From the NCBI GenBank assembly GCA_964503145.1, contig CAZCYV010000017.1, positions 16,718 to 80,717 of the forward strand: DNA of 64,000 nucleotides, read 5' to 3'. Shown piece by piece: positions 1 to 11,247 of this stretch. The translations under genes were made by a program, and so were the position numbers. The notes under the pieces are model-generated. The model saw nothing but the letters and a program-made list of their open reading frames with translations. It did not search any database and was not told the DNA's origin. The DNA comes from an uncultured Anaerolinea sp. (GTDB lineage Bacteria > Chloroflexota > Anaerolineae > Anaerolineales > UBA4823). The first letter of the stretch is position 1. Every line of letters begins with the position of its first letter.

Positions 1-78
1 ACGCTGATCTCGTGCTATCCATATCTGAAGGACAACCTGCGCATCGTGGTGATCGCCCGCCTGCAGACCAGCGGATGA
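1..78 (+). CDS. 3' end of an unidentified CDS truncated by the window edge
   Basis: Frame is open from base 1 (TLISCYPYLKDNLRIVVIARLQTSG) and ends at TGA 76-78. Too short to assign a family. Confidence 0.3.
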   Translation, partial: TLISCYPYLKDNLRIVVIARLQTSG

Positions 79-120
79 TCCTTGCCAATGGAAATCTATC
101 TTTATCTTAGGAGTTCTATC

Positions 121-366
121 ATGCCTCAGAAATCGCGCTCGAAAAAGCAAGCCCGCAAAACCCCGGCGCCCCGCCTGGTTGAGAGCCAGACGCCCACGGC
201 TGTTTCTCAGTCGCCGCAGACGACCTTTACCGGTACAGGGACGCGCTCCTTTGCGACCGAATTCAACCCCGACTACAGCCAGACGATCAAGGATCTGAAG
301 CGCATCGGAATACTGGCAGGGACCTTCTTTGCAGTGTTGATTGTGCTCGCCTTCGTGCTTCCTTGA
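121..366 (+). CDS. Small hypothetical protein with a C-terminal transmembrane helix
   Basis: ATG at 121 is preceded by AGGAG about 8 nt upstream, so the ORF-track TTG start at 82 is less likely. Basic N-terminus (MPQKSRSKKQARK) and hydrophobic tail (ILAGTFFAVLIVLAFVLP). No family recognised. Confidence 0.45.
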   Translation: MPQKSRSKKQARKTPAPRLVESQTPTAVSQSPQTTFTGTGTRSFATEFNPDYSQTIKDLKRIGILAGTFFAVLIVLAFVLP

Positions 367-428
367 TAGGGCTGTACTCAGCAGGGCCATACGCCTGCGC
401 GTCGCCAGACTTTTGGGCAAATCTATAA

Positions 429-470
429 ACGGGGCTGGCCGAGGAAACTCAGCCAGCCCCGTCGGTCTTT
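429..470 (+). terminator. Hairpin terminator candidate after the small CDS
   Basis: Perfect 11-bp stem ACGGGGCTGGC (429-439) / GCCAGCCCCGT (452-462) with a 12-nt loop. The following T-tract is weak (cggtcttt). Confidence 0.55.
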
Positions 471-545
471 GTCCTGGGGTCGTCAGCACGGTCATTTTCT
501 CAGGTCGCCCCATCTAAGAGCAAGAGTTAGGGTAAAATTTCGATC

Positions 546-1760
546 ATGAGTGAAGAAGCTCCTCAACAGGCTGGCGGCTCTCCCCGATGGGGATCGAACA
601 CCAAGCTGATCATTGGATTGACCGTGGTCGCCATGATGGCGGCGCTTCTGATCTATTTCCGCACCATCATCGGCCCGCTGTTGCTGGCTTTCATCCTGGC
701 TTATCTGTTTCAACCCGTCGCCGCCTGGCTGAGTCGCACTTTGCATCTCCCCTGGAGAACCGCGATCAATCTAATCTACCTCTTATCGCTGGTTGTGTTA
801 TTGGGTCTGGCGACCATCGCCGGGCTGGCGTTGATTCAGCAAGCTCAGAGCCTGATCACTTTTATCGACAAGTTCATCGTCAACCTGCCACAGCTTGTAG
901 AAGAACTCACCACTCGACCTTATTATATTGGGCCTTTTCTGCTGGACTTTTCGAAATTCGATCTTGAAGCCCTGGCGCAGCAACTGCTGGGGCTGGTGCA
1001 ACCTCTGGTAGGGCAGGCGGGCAACCTGGTCGCCCGGTTTGCGGCCAGCGCGGCTACGACGCTGGGCTGGTCGTTGTTCGTTTTGCTGATTTCCTATTTC
1101 TTGTTGTCGGAATCGGGGCAGGTGCGCGAAAATTTGGTGCACATTGATATCCCGGGCTACAACGCTGATAGCCAGAGGCTGATTCGAGAACTGACCCGCA
1201 TCTGGGACTCCTTCTTGCGCGGCCAGTTGCTGATCTCGCTAATGATCGTCGCTTCTTATTACATCATGCTGACGATCCTGGACACGCGCCTCTCGATGGT
1301 TATCGCTCTCATGGCAGGAATAGCCGCGTTCGTCCCGTACATAGGCCCTCTGATTACCTGGACCGTCACAGCGATCATCGCCTATTTGCAAACCGGGAAT
1401 TACTTCGGTCTGGAGCCTGTGCCATATGCGCTGCTGGTGTTGGTTTCCTGTCTGGTGCTGAACCAGATCTTCGACAGCTACATCACCCCAAGGATGATGG
1501 GGCGCGCGCTGGGGGTGCACCCGGCGGGCGTCCTGATCGCGGCAATCATCGCCACCGACCTGATTGGTCTGGTAGGTCTGGTATTGGCCGCGCCGGTTTT
1601 GGCCACAGTGCTGCTCCTGGGCCGCTACATCTTCCGCAAGATGCTGGACATGGACCCCTGGCCGCTGGTCGAGGAGCAGCCCCGTCCGGTTATCCCTATA
1701 TGGGTGCGCCTTGGCCGGCAAGTTCAAGCCACCTGGCGCTGGATACAAAACCGAAAATAG
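546..1760 (+). CDS. AI-2E family transporter (PerM/UPF0118-like permease)
   Basis: 404 aa polytopic membrane protein with layout and motifs typical of the AI-2E family (e.g. AAFVPYIGPLITW, long helical C-terminal half). Confidence 0.8.
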   Translation: MSEEAPQQAGGSPRWGSNTKLIIGLTVVAMMAALLIYFRTIIGPLLLAFILAYLFQPVAAWLSRTLHLPWRTAINLIYLLSLVVLLGLATIAGLALIQQAQSLITFIDKFIVNLPQLVEELTTRPYYIGPFLLDFSKFDLEALAQQLLGLVQPLVGQAGNLVARFAASAATTLGWSLFVLLISYFLLSESGQVRENLVHIDIPGYNADSQRLIRELTRIWDSFLRGQLLISLMIVASYYIMLTILDTRLSMVIALMAGIAAFVPYIGPLITWTVTAIIAYLQTGNYFGLEPVPYALLVLVSCLVLNQIFDSYITPRMMGRALGVHPAGVLIAAIIATDLIGLVGLVLAAPVLATVLLLGRYIFRKMLDMDPWPLVEEQPRPVIPIWVRLGRQVQATWRWIQNRK

Positions 1761-1764
1761 GGAA

Positions 1765-1810
1765 AAACGACCAGGGCTGCCCTCCACGGTTTGGGCAGCC
1801 CTGGTTTTAT
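1765..1810. terminator. Bidirectional intrinsic terminator between the convergent AI-2E gene and dnaA
   Basis: Perfect 11-bp stem CCAGGGCTGCC (1771-1781) / GGCAGCCCTGG (1794-1804). An A-tract (gaaaaacga) lies upstream and a T-tract (ttttat) downstream. Confidence 0.75.
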
Positions 1811-1822
1811 CTCCGGTATCGA

Positions 1823-3181
1823 TCAGGCCACTCGCAGCCCAGAAAGTCCGGCCGTGCTGTACAATCGCTCTTTGATCTCGATCACCTGGCGCCGCAAGCG
1901 ATCGTCTTGTTCCAGCATTTCGGCCACCTTCTCGCAGCCATACATGACTGTGGTGTGATCCCGCCCGCCCAAGGCTTCGCCAATCTGCGGCAGCGAGATG
2001 TTGGCCTCTTCGCGCATCAGGTACATGGCGATCTGGCGCGGCAGGGCGACCTGCCGGGAACGATCGCGCCCCAGCATGCTTTCCACGCTGATTCCAAACG
2101 CTTCCGCCACCCGGCGCACGATCTCATCCGGCTGAACTTCGCTGCGGCGAGGCAGCAGGTCAGCCAGCGCCGTCTCCACCAACTGCGGGGTGAGCGGCAG
2201 GCCGACCAGGTCGGCGAAGGCCGCCACACGCGCCAGGCCGCCTTCAAGCTCACGAATATTGGACTGCACCCGGCGCGCAATCAGCCCCATCAATTCGTCC
2301 GGCATCTTACAACCGATGCGTTCGGCCTTGGAGCGTAAGATGGCCAAGCGTGTCTCGAAATCTGGCGGCTGAATATCGGCGGTCAGCCCCCATTCGAACC
2401 GCGAACACAGGCGCTCTTCCAGCGTCACCAGCGCTTTAGGCGGACGATCGGAGGAAATCACGATTTGTTTATTTTGCCCGTGAAGGGTGTTGAACGTGTG
2501 AAAAAATTCTTCCTGCGTCGACTCCTTACCGGCGATGAACTGAATGTCATCCACCAGCAAAACATCCGTGTTGCGGTATTTTTCCCGGAACGCCTGAGTG
2601 GTGTGGGTGCGGATGGCATTGATCAGATCGTTGGTAAACTCTTCTGAGGAGACATACAACACTTGCAGGCCGCGCCGATGGCACAAGTTGCCAATCGCAT
2701 GCAGCAGATGGGTCTTACCCAGGCCCACGCCGCCGTACAGGAAAAGCGGATTATAAGCCTGGGCCGGTTTTTCCGCCACCGCCAGCGAAGCAGCGTGCGC
2801 CAATCGGTTGCTCGGGCCAACGACAAAATTTTCGAACGAATAGCGCGGGTTCAGACTGGGATTCGCCGTGTTGAAGCTCGTCTCTTCGGGTTCGAGGCGA
2901 TCTTCCTGCACGTTAGCTTCAGTTGAGTTATGCCCATTTTGCCAGACGACGAAGCGCACTTCCACTGTGCGGTCCATCATACCCGTCAGCAGGCGGGTCA
3001 CCGTGCTGGACAGACGACTTTGCAGCCAGTCCCGCGCGTAGGCATTGGGAACCCCCACAATAAAGCTACCGTCTTCGTAAGAGATAAATTCAGCGTTGCG
3101 GACCCAGGTATCAAAAGCGGCTTTTGGCATCTCCATTTGGAGTTGCCCTCGAGCGGCTTGCCAGGCCTGTTGTGCATTCAT
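1823..3181 (-). CDS. dnaA: Chromosomal replication initiator protein DnaA
   Basis: 452 aa with Walker A GGVGLGKTHLLHAIGN, AAA+ core and the C-terminal DNA-binding domain (RQIAMYLMRE, LPQIGEALGGRDHTTVMYGCEKV). Confidence 0.97.
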   Translation of the reverse strand: MNAQQAWQAARGQLQMEMPKAAFDTWVRNAEFISYEDGSFIVGVPNAYARDWLQSRLSSTVTRLLTGMMDRTVEVRFVVWQNGHNSTEANVQEDRLEPEETSFNTANPSLNPRYSFENFVVGPSNRLAHAASLAVAEKPAQAYNPLFLYGGVGLGKTHLLHAIGNLCHRRGLQVLYVSSEEFTNDLINAIRTHTTQAFREKYRNTDVLLVDDIQFIAGKESTQEEFFHTFNTLHGQNKQIVISSDRPPKALVTLEERLCSRFEWGLTADIQPPDFETRLAILRSKAERIGCKMPDELMGLIARRVQSNIRELEGGLARVAAFADLVGLPLTPQLVETALADLLPRRSEVQPDEIVRRVAEAFGISVESMLGRDRSRQVALPRQIAMYLMREEANISLPQIGEALGGRDHTTVMYGCEKVAEMLEQDDRLRRQVIEIKERLYSTAGLSGLRVA

Positions 3182-3878
3182 AGCCAGCTACCTCCTCACC
3201 TGTTCGGAAGATAGACAACAATACGCCACCGCATCCTCCGTCAGTCGCGGAGGGCGCCCAAAAAGGCTGTATTGCTTGTCTTTAAGTCACCTGAGAGATT
3301 TTGCTGCCCCTAGCGCCAATAAACTATGGGCTGACCAGTCTGATTGTAGCAGAATCTGCCAATCGTATGCAAGGTGTTTCCCCTACGCTCGCCTAAAAAA
3401 AAACAATACTTTAAGATTAACAAACGTTAAAGAGTATCCGCGCGCGCCGCACCTTTTACCTCAGTGCAGGCCAATTTCCTCGCGGCCCATGCATAGGGGA
3501 AGGCCATTCGGAGACCCCCAGATATAGCCTTTTGGGGGCCACAAACCACCTTACCCCCCATATCAACCCCCCCGACTCTTAAAATAACGGTTAAGGGGAA
3601 CTTAACTCGCTCGGAGATTAAAAACGACAGATTTGAGCGCTACCCAAGATCAGCGCCTTCGACGGCCTGCACCATCACCTTACGCTGGTCATGAGGATGA
3701 GACGAGAACGTTGATAAATATCCTACACACCGTTAATAGATTTCTTGCATTTTATGAGTATGCTATCTGAAGACAATAACAACTTCGAAGCCTGCGCCGG
3801 TTGGGTGCCAGTAAGCATCCATCTACCGGCGGGGCTCGAGTTTTGCGAAAGTTTTGAAAGAAAAAGGAGAATGCAAAG

Positions 3879-5771
<1,893 letters not shown>

Positions 5772-5802
5772 TCCTTCGGCTGAACACCGATCCAAAAAGA
5801 GA

Positions 5803-5837
5803 GTTTTTGCGGCCCGACGGGCCGCAAAAACTTTTTA
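5803..5837 (+). terminator. Rho-independent terminator of dnaK
   Basis: Perfect 13-bp stem GTTTTTGCGGCCC (5803-5815) / GGGCCGCAAAAAC (5819-5831) with a 3-nt loop, followed by TTTTT. Confidence 0.9.
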
Positions 5838-5840
5838 ATC

Positions 5841-6263
5841 ATGTATAATCCAGTTATGGCATCCCGTCCCTCTCCTCCCCCGGTGCGCAGCTTTCTGCCG
5901 GCTGCGTTGATCCTGATCGTGATTGGCTGGGGCGGTCTGACTTACATCCTCCTGGAGACCGAGCCCAGCGGCGGCACGCGCTGGGCGTTCTTCTTCACCG
6001 GCGTGTTGGCGCTCACCGGCCTGGCGCTGCCCATCGTCGCGTACTTGAACCGCCGCTTCCCATCTACGCCTCCGCCATCGCCGTTGGTGATCGTCCGCCA
6101 GGCGATCTGGATCGGCATCTACTTCCCTACCCTGCTCTGGTTGCGCATCGGGCGAGTGGTCAACCTGCCCCTGGCGCTGCTGCTGGCTGCCGGGCTGATC
6201 CTGATCGAATTCTTGCTCCGCCTGCGCGAGCGCAGCCTGTGGAAGCCAGAGTCTCATTCCTGA
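5841..6263 (+). CDS. Hypothetical integral membrane protein
   Basis: 140 aa with 3-4 predicted TM helices (AALILIVIGWGGLTYILL, FFFTGVLALTGLALPIV, LALLLAAGLILIEFLL). An alternative start is ATG 5856. TATAAT at 5844-5849 lies 6 nt upstream of it, which would fit a leaderless mRNA. Confidence 0.55.
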   Translation: MYNPVMASRPSPPPVRSFLPAALILIVIGWGGLTYILLETEPSGGTRWAFFFTGVLALTGLALPIVAYLNRRFPSTPPPSPLVIVRQAIWIGIYFPTLLWLRIGRVVNLPLALLLAAGLILIEFLLRLRERSLWKPESHS

Positions 6264-6299
6264 CCCCCGGCTGGGGTTCATCATCAAACCCATTACTGT

Positions 6300-7658
6300 A
6301 TGACCAGCTTGCGTGATTTGCCCTCGGTGGATCAACTCCTGCAATCCCCGCACGGTCAGGACTGGACCGCCCACTACGGCCGACCGTTGACGTTGGAAGC
6401 GATTCGCCACGCGCTCAACGAAGCCCGCTCGCAATACGCCAGGCGCGCCAGCTTGCCCGAACGTGACATCCTGTTGCAAACGATCGAGCAGACCCTGCAA
6501 TCCTGGACGGCGCCCACTTTGCAGCCGGTAATCAACGCCACTGGCGTGATCTTGCACACCAATCTGGGCAGGGCGCCGCTCAGTCGGGCAGCCTTGCAGG
6601 CAATACAGGATGTTTCGCAGGGCTACTCAACGCTGGAATATGATCTGAAACAGGGAAAGCGGGGCTCCAGGCTGGTGCACACCGAAGCGCTGCTCACCCG
6701 TCTGACCGGCGCTCAGGCCGCCATGGTGGTGAACAACAACGCCGCCGCCGTGTTGCTCACCCTGACCGCCCTGGCCCGCCGCCGCGCCGTGGTGATCGCC
6801 CGCACCCAGCTTGTGGAAATCGGCGGCGGATTTCGCGTGCCCGACGTCATGAAGCAATCTGGCGCTCGCCTGCTCGAGGTGGGCACCACTAACCGCGTCC
6901 ACCTGGCGGATTACCAGGCCGCCCTGGAGGAAGCGCCAGCGCTGTTCTTGCGCGCCCATCGCTCCAATTTTCGCCTGCTGGGCTTCACCAGCGAGCCAGA
7001 ACTGGCGGAAATCGCCGCCGTTGCCCATCAGGCCAACCTGCCGCTTGTGGACGACCTGGGCTCTGGGGCGCTCCTCGATACTTCGCGTTTCGGCCTGGGC
7101 CACGAGCCGATGGTGCAGGAATCGCTGGCAGCCGGCGCCGATCTGGTGTGCTTCTCAGGCGACAAGCTGCTGGGAGGGCCGCAGGCTGGGATCATCGTCG
7201 GTCGCGCCGATCTGGTGGCCAAACTGAAGAAGCACCCCCTGGCGCGCGCCATTCGCGCCGATAAACTGTGCCTGGCAGCGCTGAGCGCCACGTTGCTGCA
7301 CTACCTGAAAGACGAAGCCGAGCGCGAAATACCTGTCTGGCGCATGATTGCAACGCCGGCCAAGCAGGTCTTTTCCCGAGCCGCTGCCTGGGCGGTGGCG
7401 CTGGGTCAGGGCGAAGTGATCTCTGGCGAGTCCACCGTGGGCGGTGGCAGCCTGCCCGGCGAGACGTTGCCGACCTACCTGCTGGCGCTCTCGACGCCCA
7501 GCCCCGATCGCCTGCTGGCCCGTCTGCGCCAGCAAAACCCGCCGGTGATCGCTCGCGTGCAAGACAACCGCCTGGTGCTCGATCCACGCACCGTGCTGCC
7601 CGAACAGGAAGAGGCCTTGCTGCACGCCCTGCAACAGGCGCTCAGAACAGACCCATAG
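6300..7658 (+). CDS. selA: L-seryl-tRNA(Sec) selenium transferase (selenocysteine synthase)
   Basis: 452 aa, colinear with E. coli SelA as I recall it: PVINATGVILHTNLGRAPL, YSTLEYDL, VNNNAAAVLL, VEIGGGFRVPDVM and the PLP-lysine motif FSGDKLLGGPQAGIIVGR. Confidence 0.93.
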   Translation: MTSLRDLPSVDQLLQSPHGQDWTAHYGRPLTLEAIRHALNEARSQYARRASLPERDILLQTIEQTLQSWTAPTLQPVINATGVILHTNLGRAPLSRAALQAIQDVSQGYSTLEYDLKQGKRGSRLVHTEALLTRLTGAQAAMVVNNNAAAVLLTLTALARRRAVVIARTQLVEIGGGFRVPDVMKQSGARLLEVGTTNRVHLADYQAALEEAPALFLRAHRSNFRLLGFTSEPELAEIAAVAHQANLPLVDDLGSGALLDTSRFGLGHEPMVQESLAAGADLVCFSGDKLLGGPQAGIIVGRADLVAKLKKHPLARAIRADKLCLAALSATLLHYLKDEAEREIPVWRMIATPAKQVFSRAAAWAVALGQGEVISGESTVGGGSLPGETLPTYLLALSTPSPDRLLARLRQQNPPVIARVQDNRLVLDPRTVLPEQEEALLHALQQALRTDP

Positions 7659-7678
7659 ATGATTACCATGGATATCCT

Positions 7679-8914
7679 ATGAAAAACGACCTCGATGCCC
7701 TCATGCAAGCTCGCCAGCTCGATGCTCTGTTCGTCATCGGCCCCGGACGCCATAATCCACCCATGACTTACCTGACCAACGGAGCAGACCTGACCAAAGC
7801 GCTGGTGATCAAAAAGCGCGGCGAGACGCCTGTTCTGTTCCACTGGTCTATGGAGCGCGACGAAGCCGCTAAATCCGGGTTGCCCACCCGCAACCTGGAT
7901 GAATTCCGCTACGACCAGCTTGTCCAACAAGCCGGAGGCGATCAGGTGCTGAGCGTGGTTTACCTCTATGAAAAGATCTTGACCGCCCTGGGGATCACCG
8001 CCGGAAGGGTGGGGATCTACGGAAACTCAGACGCCGGCGCCGTCTACGCGATCTTCACCCATCTGCAACGGGCGCTCCCGGAAATCGAGTTGGTCGGCGA
8101 GACCGGCGTCTCGATCTTCCTGGAGGCCATGGCGACCAAGGATCAGACAGAGGTGGAACGCATCCGGCGCATGGGCAAAATCACCACCGAAGTGATCGCA
8201 CAAGCGGCGGACTTCCTGGCCGGCCATCGCGCCCGCGGGCAGGTGCTGGTCAAAGCCAATGGCGAGCCGCTCACCATTGGCGAAGTCAAGCGCTGCATCA
8301 ACCTATGGCTGGCCGAGCGCGGCGCAGAGAACCCCGAAGGCACGATCTTCGCCTGCGGCTACGATGCCGCAGTGCCGCACAGCACTGGCGATGCCAGCGC
8401 TCCGCTGCGACTGGGAGAGACGATCGTCTTCGATATTTTCCCTCGCGAGGCGGGAGGCGGCTATTTCTACGACATCACTCGCACCTGGTGCCTGGGCTAT
8501 GCCACTGACGAAGCGCTAGCTTTGTACGAAGATGTGCGCGCCGTGTACGATCAACTTCGCAGTGAGCTGCGCCTGGGAGAGGTCTGCCGCCTGTACCAGG
8601 AGCGCGCCTGCGAGTTGTTCGAAGCGCGCGGACATGTCACCATCCGCACCAACCCGCAGACCCAGGAAGGCTATGTGCACAGCCTGGGACATGGGGTTGG
8701 GCTGCACCTACACGAAGAACCTTTCTTTCGCCTGAGCGGGCCAGATAGCACGCGCCTGGCGTCGGGAGCAGTGTTCACCGTCGAGCCAGGGCTGTATTAC
8801 CCGGAGCGCAGGATGGGGGTGCGCCTGGAAGACACCCTCTATGCCCGCCCAGATGGCAGCTTCGAGACGCTGGCGGAGTATCCGTTGGACTTGGTCTTAC
8901 CGATACAGGGTTAG
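7679..8914 (+). CDS. Xaa-Pro aminopeptidase / M24 family metallopeptidase
   Basis: Start moved to ATG 7679 (MKNDLDALMQ). The ORF-track N-terminal extension overlaps selA and is Arg/Pro/Ala-rich junk. M24 pita-bread motifs are present: HSLGHGVGLHLHEEP and VFTVEPGLYY...GVRLEDT. Confidence 0.88.
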   Translation: MKNDLDALMQARQLDALFVIGPGRHNPPMTYLTNGADLTKALVIKKRGETPVLFHWSMERDEAAKSGLPTRNLDEFRYDQLVQQAGGDQVLSVVYLYEKILTALGITAGRVGIYGNSDAGAVYAIFTHLQRALPEIELVGETGVSIFLEAMATKDQTEVERIRRMGKITTEVIAQAADFLAGHRARGQVLVKANGEPLTIGEVKRCINLWLAERGAENPEGTIFACGYDAAVPHSTGDASAPLRLGETIVFDIFPREAGGGYFYDITRTWCLGYATDEALALYEDVRAVYDQLRSELRLGEVCRLYQERACELFEARGHVTIRTNPQTQEGYVHSLGHGVGLHLHEEPFFRLSGPDSTRLASGAVFTVEPGLYYPERRMGVRLEDTLYARPDGSFETLAEYPLDLVLPIQG

Positions 8915-8940
8915 CTTCACCTATCTTCGGAGCGCTGAAA

Positions 8941-10014
8941 TTGGTGAAAAAATCGAACCCACCTGGAATTGTTGAAGCCCGTATCCTGGGCATCGAAACC
9001 TCCTGCGACGAGACTGCCGCCTCGATCGTTGAAAACGGGCGCCTGATCCTGGCCAGCACGGTGGCCTCGCAGGTGGACCTGCACGCTCAGTTCGGCGGGG
9101 TGTTCCCAGAAGTCGCTTCGCGGCAGCATATCCGTACTATCTATTCAATCATCGAGACAGCATTGCAACAGGCGCACCTCGGCCTGGCTGATGTGGACGC
9201 CATCGCCGTGACTCGCGGCCCCGGGCTGCCCGGCTCGCTGGTGATCGGCATGAACACCGCCAAAGGGCTGGCGCTGGGCAGCGACCTGCCGATCGTCGGC
9301 GTCAACCACCTGGAAGCGCATATCTATTCCGCCTGGCTGCATTGGCCGCCAGTCGCCGGCGAGGCCAGCGCCCCAACGTTGGCTCCGGAACCCAAATTCC
9401 CCCTGGTGGTGCTGATCGTTTCCGGCGGGCACACCGAACTGATCTTCATGGAAGATCACCTGCGCTACAAGCGCCTAGGTTTCACCCTGGATGACGCCGC
9501 GGGAGAGGCGTTCGATAAAGTCGCCCGGCTGATTGGCCTGGGTTACCCCGGCGGGCCGGCCATTCAAAAAGCCAGCGAAGGGGGCAATCCTAAAGCCTTT
9601 GCCTTCCCCCGCGCCTGGCTGGACGATAGCTGGAATTTCTCCTTCAGCGGGCTGAAGACGGCGGTATTGCGTGAGGTGCGACGCCTGCAACTCTACAAGT
9701 CCGAATTGCCGGTTGCCGATCTGGCGGCCAGCTTCCAGGCAGCGGTGGTGGATGTGCTGGTGGGTAAGACCGTCCGCGCGGCGCAAGAGTTGGGCGCGGC
9801 AGAGATCCTGGTGGCGGGTGGGGTCTCCGCCAATCGGGCGCTGCGGGAGGCCATCCACGCTCAGGCGCCCTGTCCGGTGCATATCCCCCCGATCGCATTG
9901 TGCACCGATAACGCCGCGATGGTCGCTGGCGCGGGTTATTACCGCTTCATCAATGGGCAGCGGAATGACCTGGCGATAGATGTGCTGCCCAACTGGCCGC
10001 TGACCGAAGTCTAA
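8941..10014 (+). CDS. tsaD: tRNA N6-adenosine threonylcarbamoyltransferase TsaD (Kae1/Gcp family)
   Basis: ILGIETSCDETAASIV, the GVNHLEAHIYS His pair and SGGHTEL. Its TAA (10012-14) overlaps the stop of the convergent GT4 gene. Confidence 0.95.
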   Translation: MVKKSNPPGIVEARILGIETSCDETAASIVENGRLILASTVASQVDLHAQFGGVFPEVASRQHIRTIYSIIETALQQAHLGLADVDAIAVTRGPGLPGSLVIGMNTAKGLALGSDLPIVGVNHLEAHIYSAWLHWPPVAGEASAPTLAPEPKFPLVVLIVSGGHTELIFMEDHLRYKRLGFTLDDAAGEAFDKVARLIGLGYPGGPAIQKASEGGNPKAFAFPRAWLDDSWNFSFSGLKTAVLREVRRLQLYKSELPVADLAASFQAAVVDVLVGKTVRAAQELGAAEILVAGGVSANRALREAIHAQAPCPVHIPPIALCTDNAAMVAGAGYYRFINGQRNDLAIDVLPNWPLTEV

Positions 10015-11237
10015 GCCCGGCGGTTTTTCTCTCCCATCTTTTCGACGATCTCCGCCAGACGGCGCGCCAGCGCCGCCCGGTCGAAGTTCGCCTCCACGTA
10101 GCTGCGGGCATTCAGGCCCATCTGGCGCGCCTCAGCCGGGTTTTCCACCAGGCGCAGGATTGCCCCTGCCAGAGCGTCAGGGTCGCCCGGCGGCGTGAAT
10201 ACCCCACCCTGCGCCTGCTCCACCACCTGGCGGATCACGCCATCGATGGCCAGGATCACCGGCCTGGCGGCGGCCATATAGTCGAACACCTTGTTGGGAT
10301 ACACCGTGGCGTAAAGCGGGATGGGTTTCAGGATGGCGATGCAGGCATCCGCCGCCGCCAGCGCATCCGCCATCCCGGCTTTGGGCACCGGCGGAAGGAA
10401 GTGCAGATTGGTCAATCCCATCTCCGCCGCCTGCGCCATCAGGGCAGGTTTCTCCTTGCCATCTCCAAGTAGCACAATGCGGATTTCGGGCCGATCAGCC
10501 AGGCGCTGTGCAGCCTGAAGCACGACGCCCAAATCGTTCGATAGCCCATGCGCGCCAGCGTACAGGGCCACGAAGCGCCCCTCCAAACTGTGCTCCTTGC
10601 GAAAAGCGATCCCGCTGGCGAATGGATCGAACATGCGGGTATCTACTCCGTTGGGCACCAGTTCTATCTCGCGCGCCCCACGCTCGCGCACATGCTCGAT
10701 AAAGCCAGGAGAATTGACCATCACCCGATCGGCGTGGCGATACAGGAAGCGCTCCAACCACAGTGAGAGGCGGATCAGCAGGGGGTTGCACAACACACCG
10801 ACCTGGATGGCGAAGGCCGGCCACAGGTCGCGCACCTCGAACAAGAAGGGGGCGCGTTTCAACCGGGCCAGCAACCAGGCGGTGACACCCTGAAAGATAG
10901 GCGGCGAAGTGCCCCAAACCAGGTCCACCTGGCGCACCTTCAAACCGAGCAGAAAAGAAGACGCCATGAAGCTGAAGAAGCTGATCACACGATGGAAAAA
11001 GCTGCGATGGAGCGCTGAATAGGCGCGGGCGCGCAGCACGGTGACGTTTCCGCCGCCATCCATCTCCTCTATCAGCGCTTCGGCGGCCTCCGATTTGCCG
11101 GTCAGGTAGCTCACCGTGCTGGCGATGACCGTCACGCGGTGGCCGCGCTCTGCCAGATAGCGCGCCAGTTCATGATGGCGGGTACCGCCGGGTTCATCCA
11201 GGGCGACAAAGGCTTGATGAATCAGTAAGATGTGCAT
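10011..11237 (-). CDS. Glycosyltransferase, GT4 (GT-B fold) family
   Basis: 408 aa. N-terminus MHILLIHQAF...EPGGTRHHELARYLAERGHRVTVI and a C-terminal EX7E-like region are typical of GT4 enzymes. Confidence 0.85.
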   Translation of the reverse strand: MHILLIHQAFVALDEPGGTRHHELARYLAERGHRVTVIASTVSYLTGKSEAAEALIEEMDGGGNVTVLRARAYSALHRSFFHRVISFFSFMASSFLLGLKVRQVDLVWGTSPPIFQGVTAWLLARLKRAPFLFEVRDLWPAFAIQVGVLCNPLLIRLSLWLERFLYRHADRVMVNSPGFIEHVRERGAREIELVPNGVDTRMFDPFASGIAFRKEHSLEGRFVALYAGAHGLSNDLGVVLQAAQRLADRPEIRIVLLGDGKEKPALMAQAAEMGLTNLHFLPPVPKAGMADALAAADACIAILKPIPLYATVYPNKVFDYMAAARPVILAIDGVIRQVVEQAQGGVFTPPGDPDALAGAILRLVENPAEARQMGLNARSYVEANFDRAALARRLAEIVEKMGEKNRRA

Positions 11238-11247
11238 GGATTGGCGA

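Noticed and set aside
3096-3527. A 143-aa ORF inside the dnaA-dnaK intergenic region.
   Set aside because: It overlaps the dnaA 5' end on the opposite strand. It has no RBS, odd composition and no recognisable motif, so I treat it as non-coding.
7268-7678. A long N-terminal extension of the M24 peptidase ORF. Similar extensions occur at 26198-26443 (lutBC), 44710-44937 (corrinoid protein 2), 38531-38653 (MFS) and 20099-20197 (cydDC).
   Set aside because: The extensions overlap the preceding well-supported genes in another frame and are Arg/Pro/Gly-rich. Conserved N-termini with plausible ATG and RBS lie downstream, so I moved the starts.
10011-10014. A four-nucleotide overlap of the convergent tsaD and GT4 stop codons (CTAA) with no terminator between them.
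   Set aside because: It is real in the sequence but a common compact-genome arrangement. Nothing further can be inferred.
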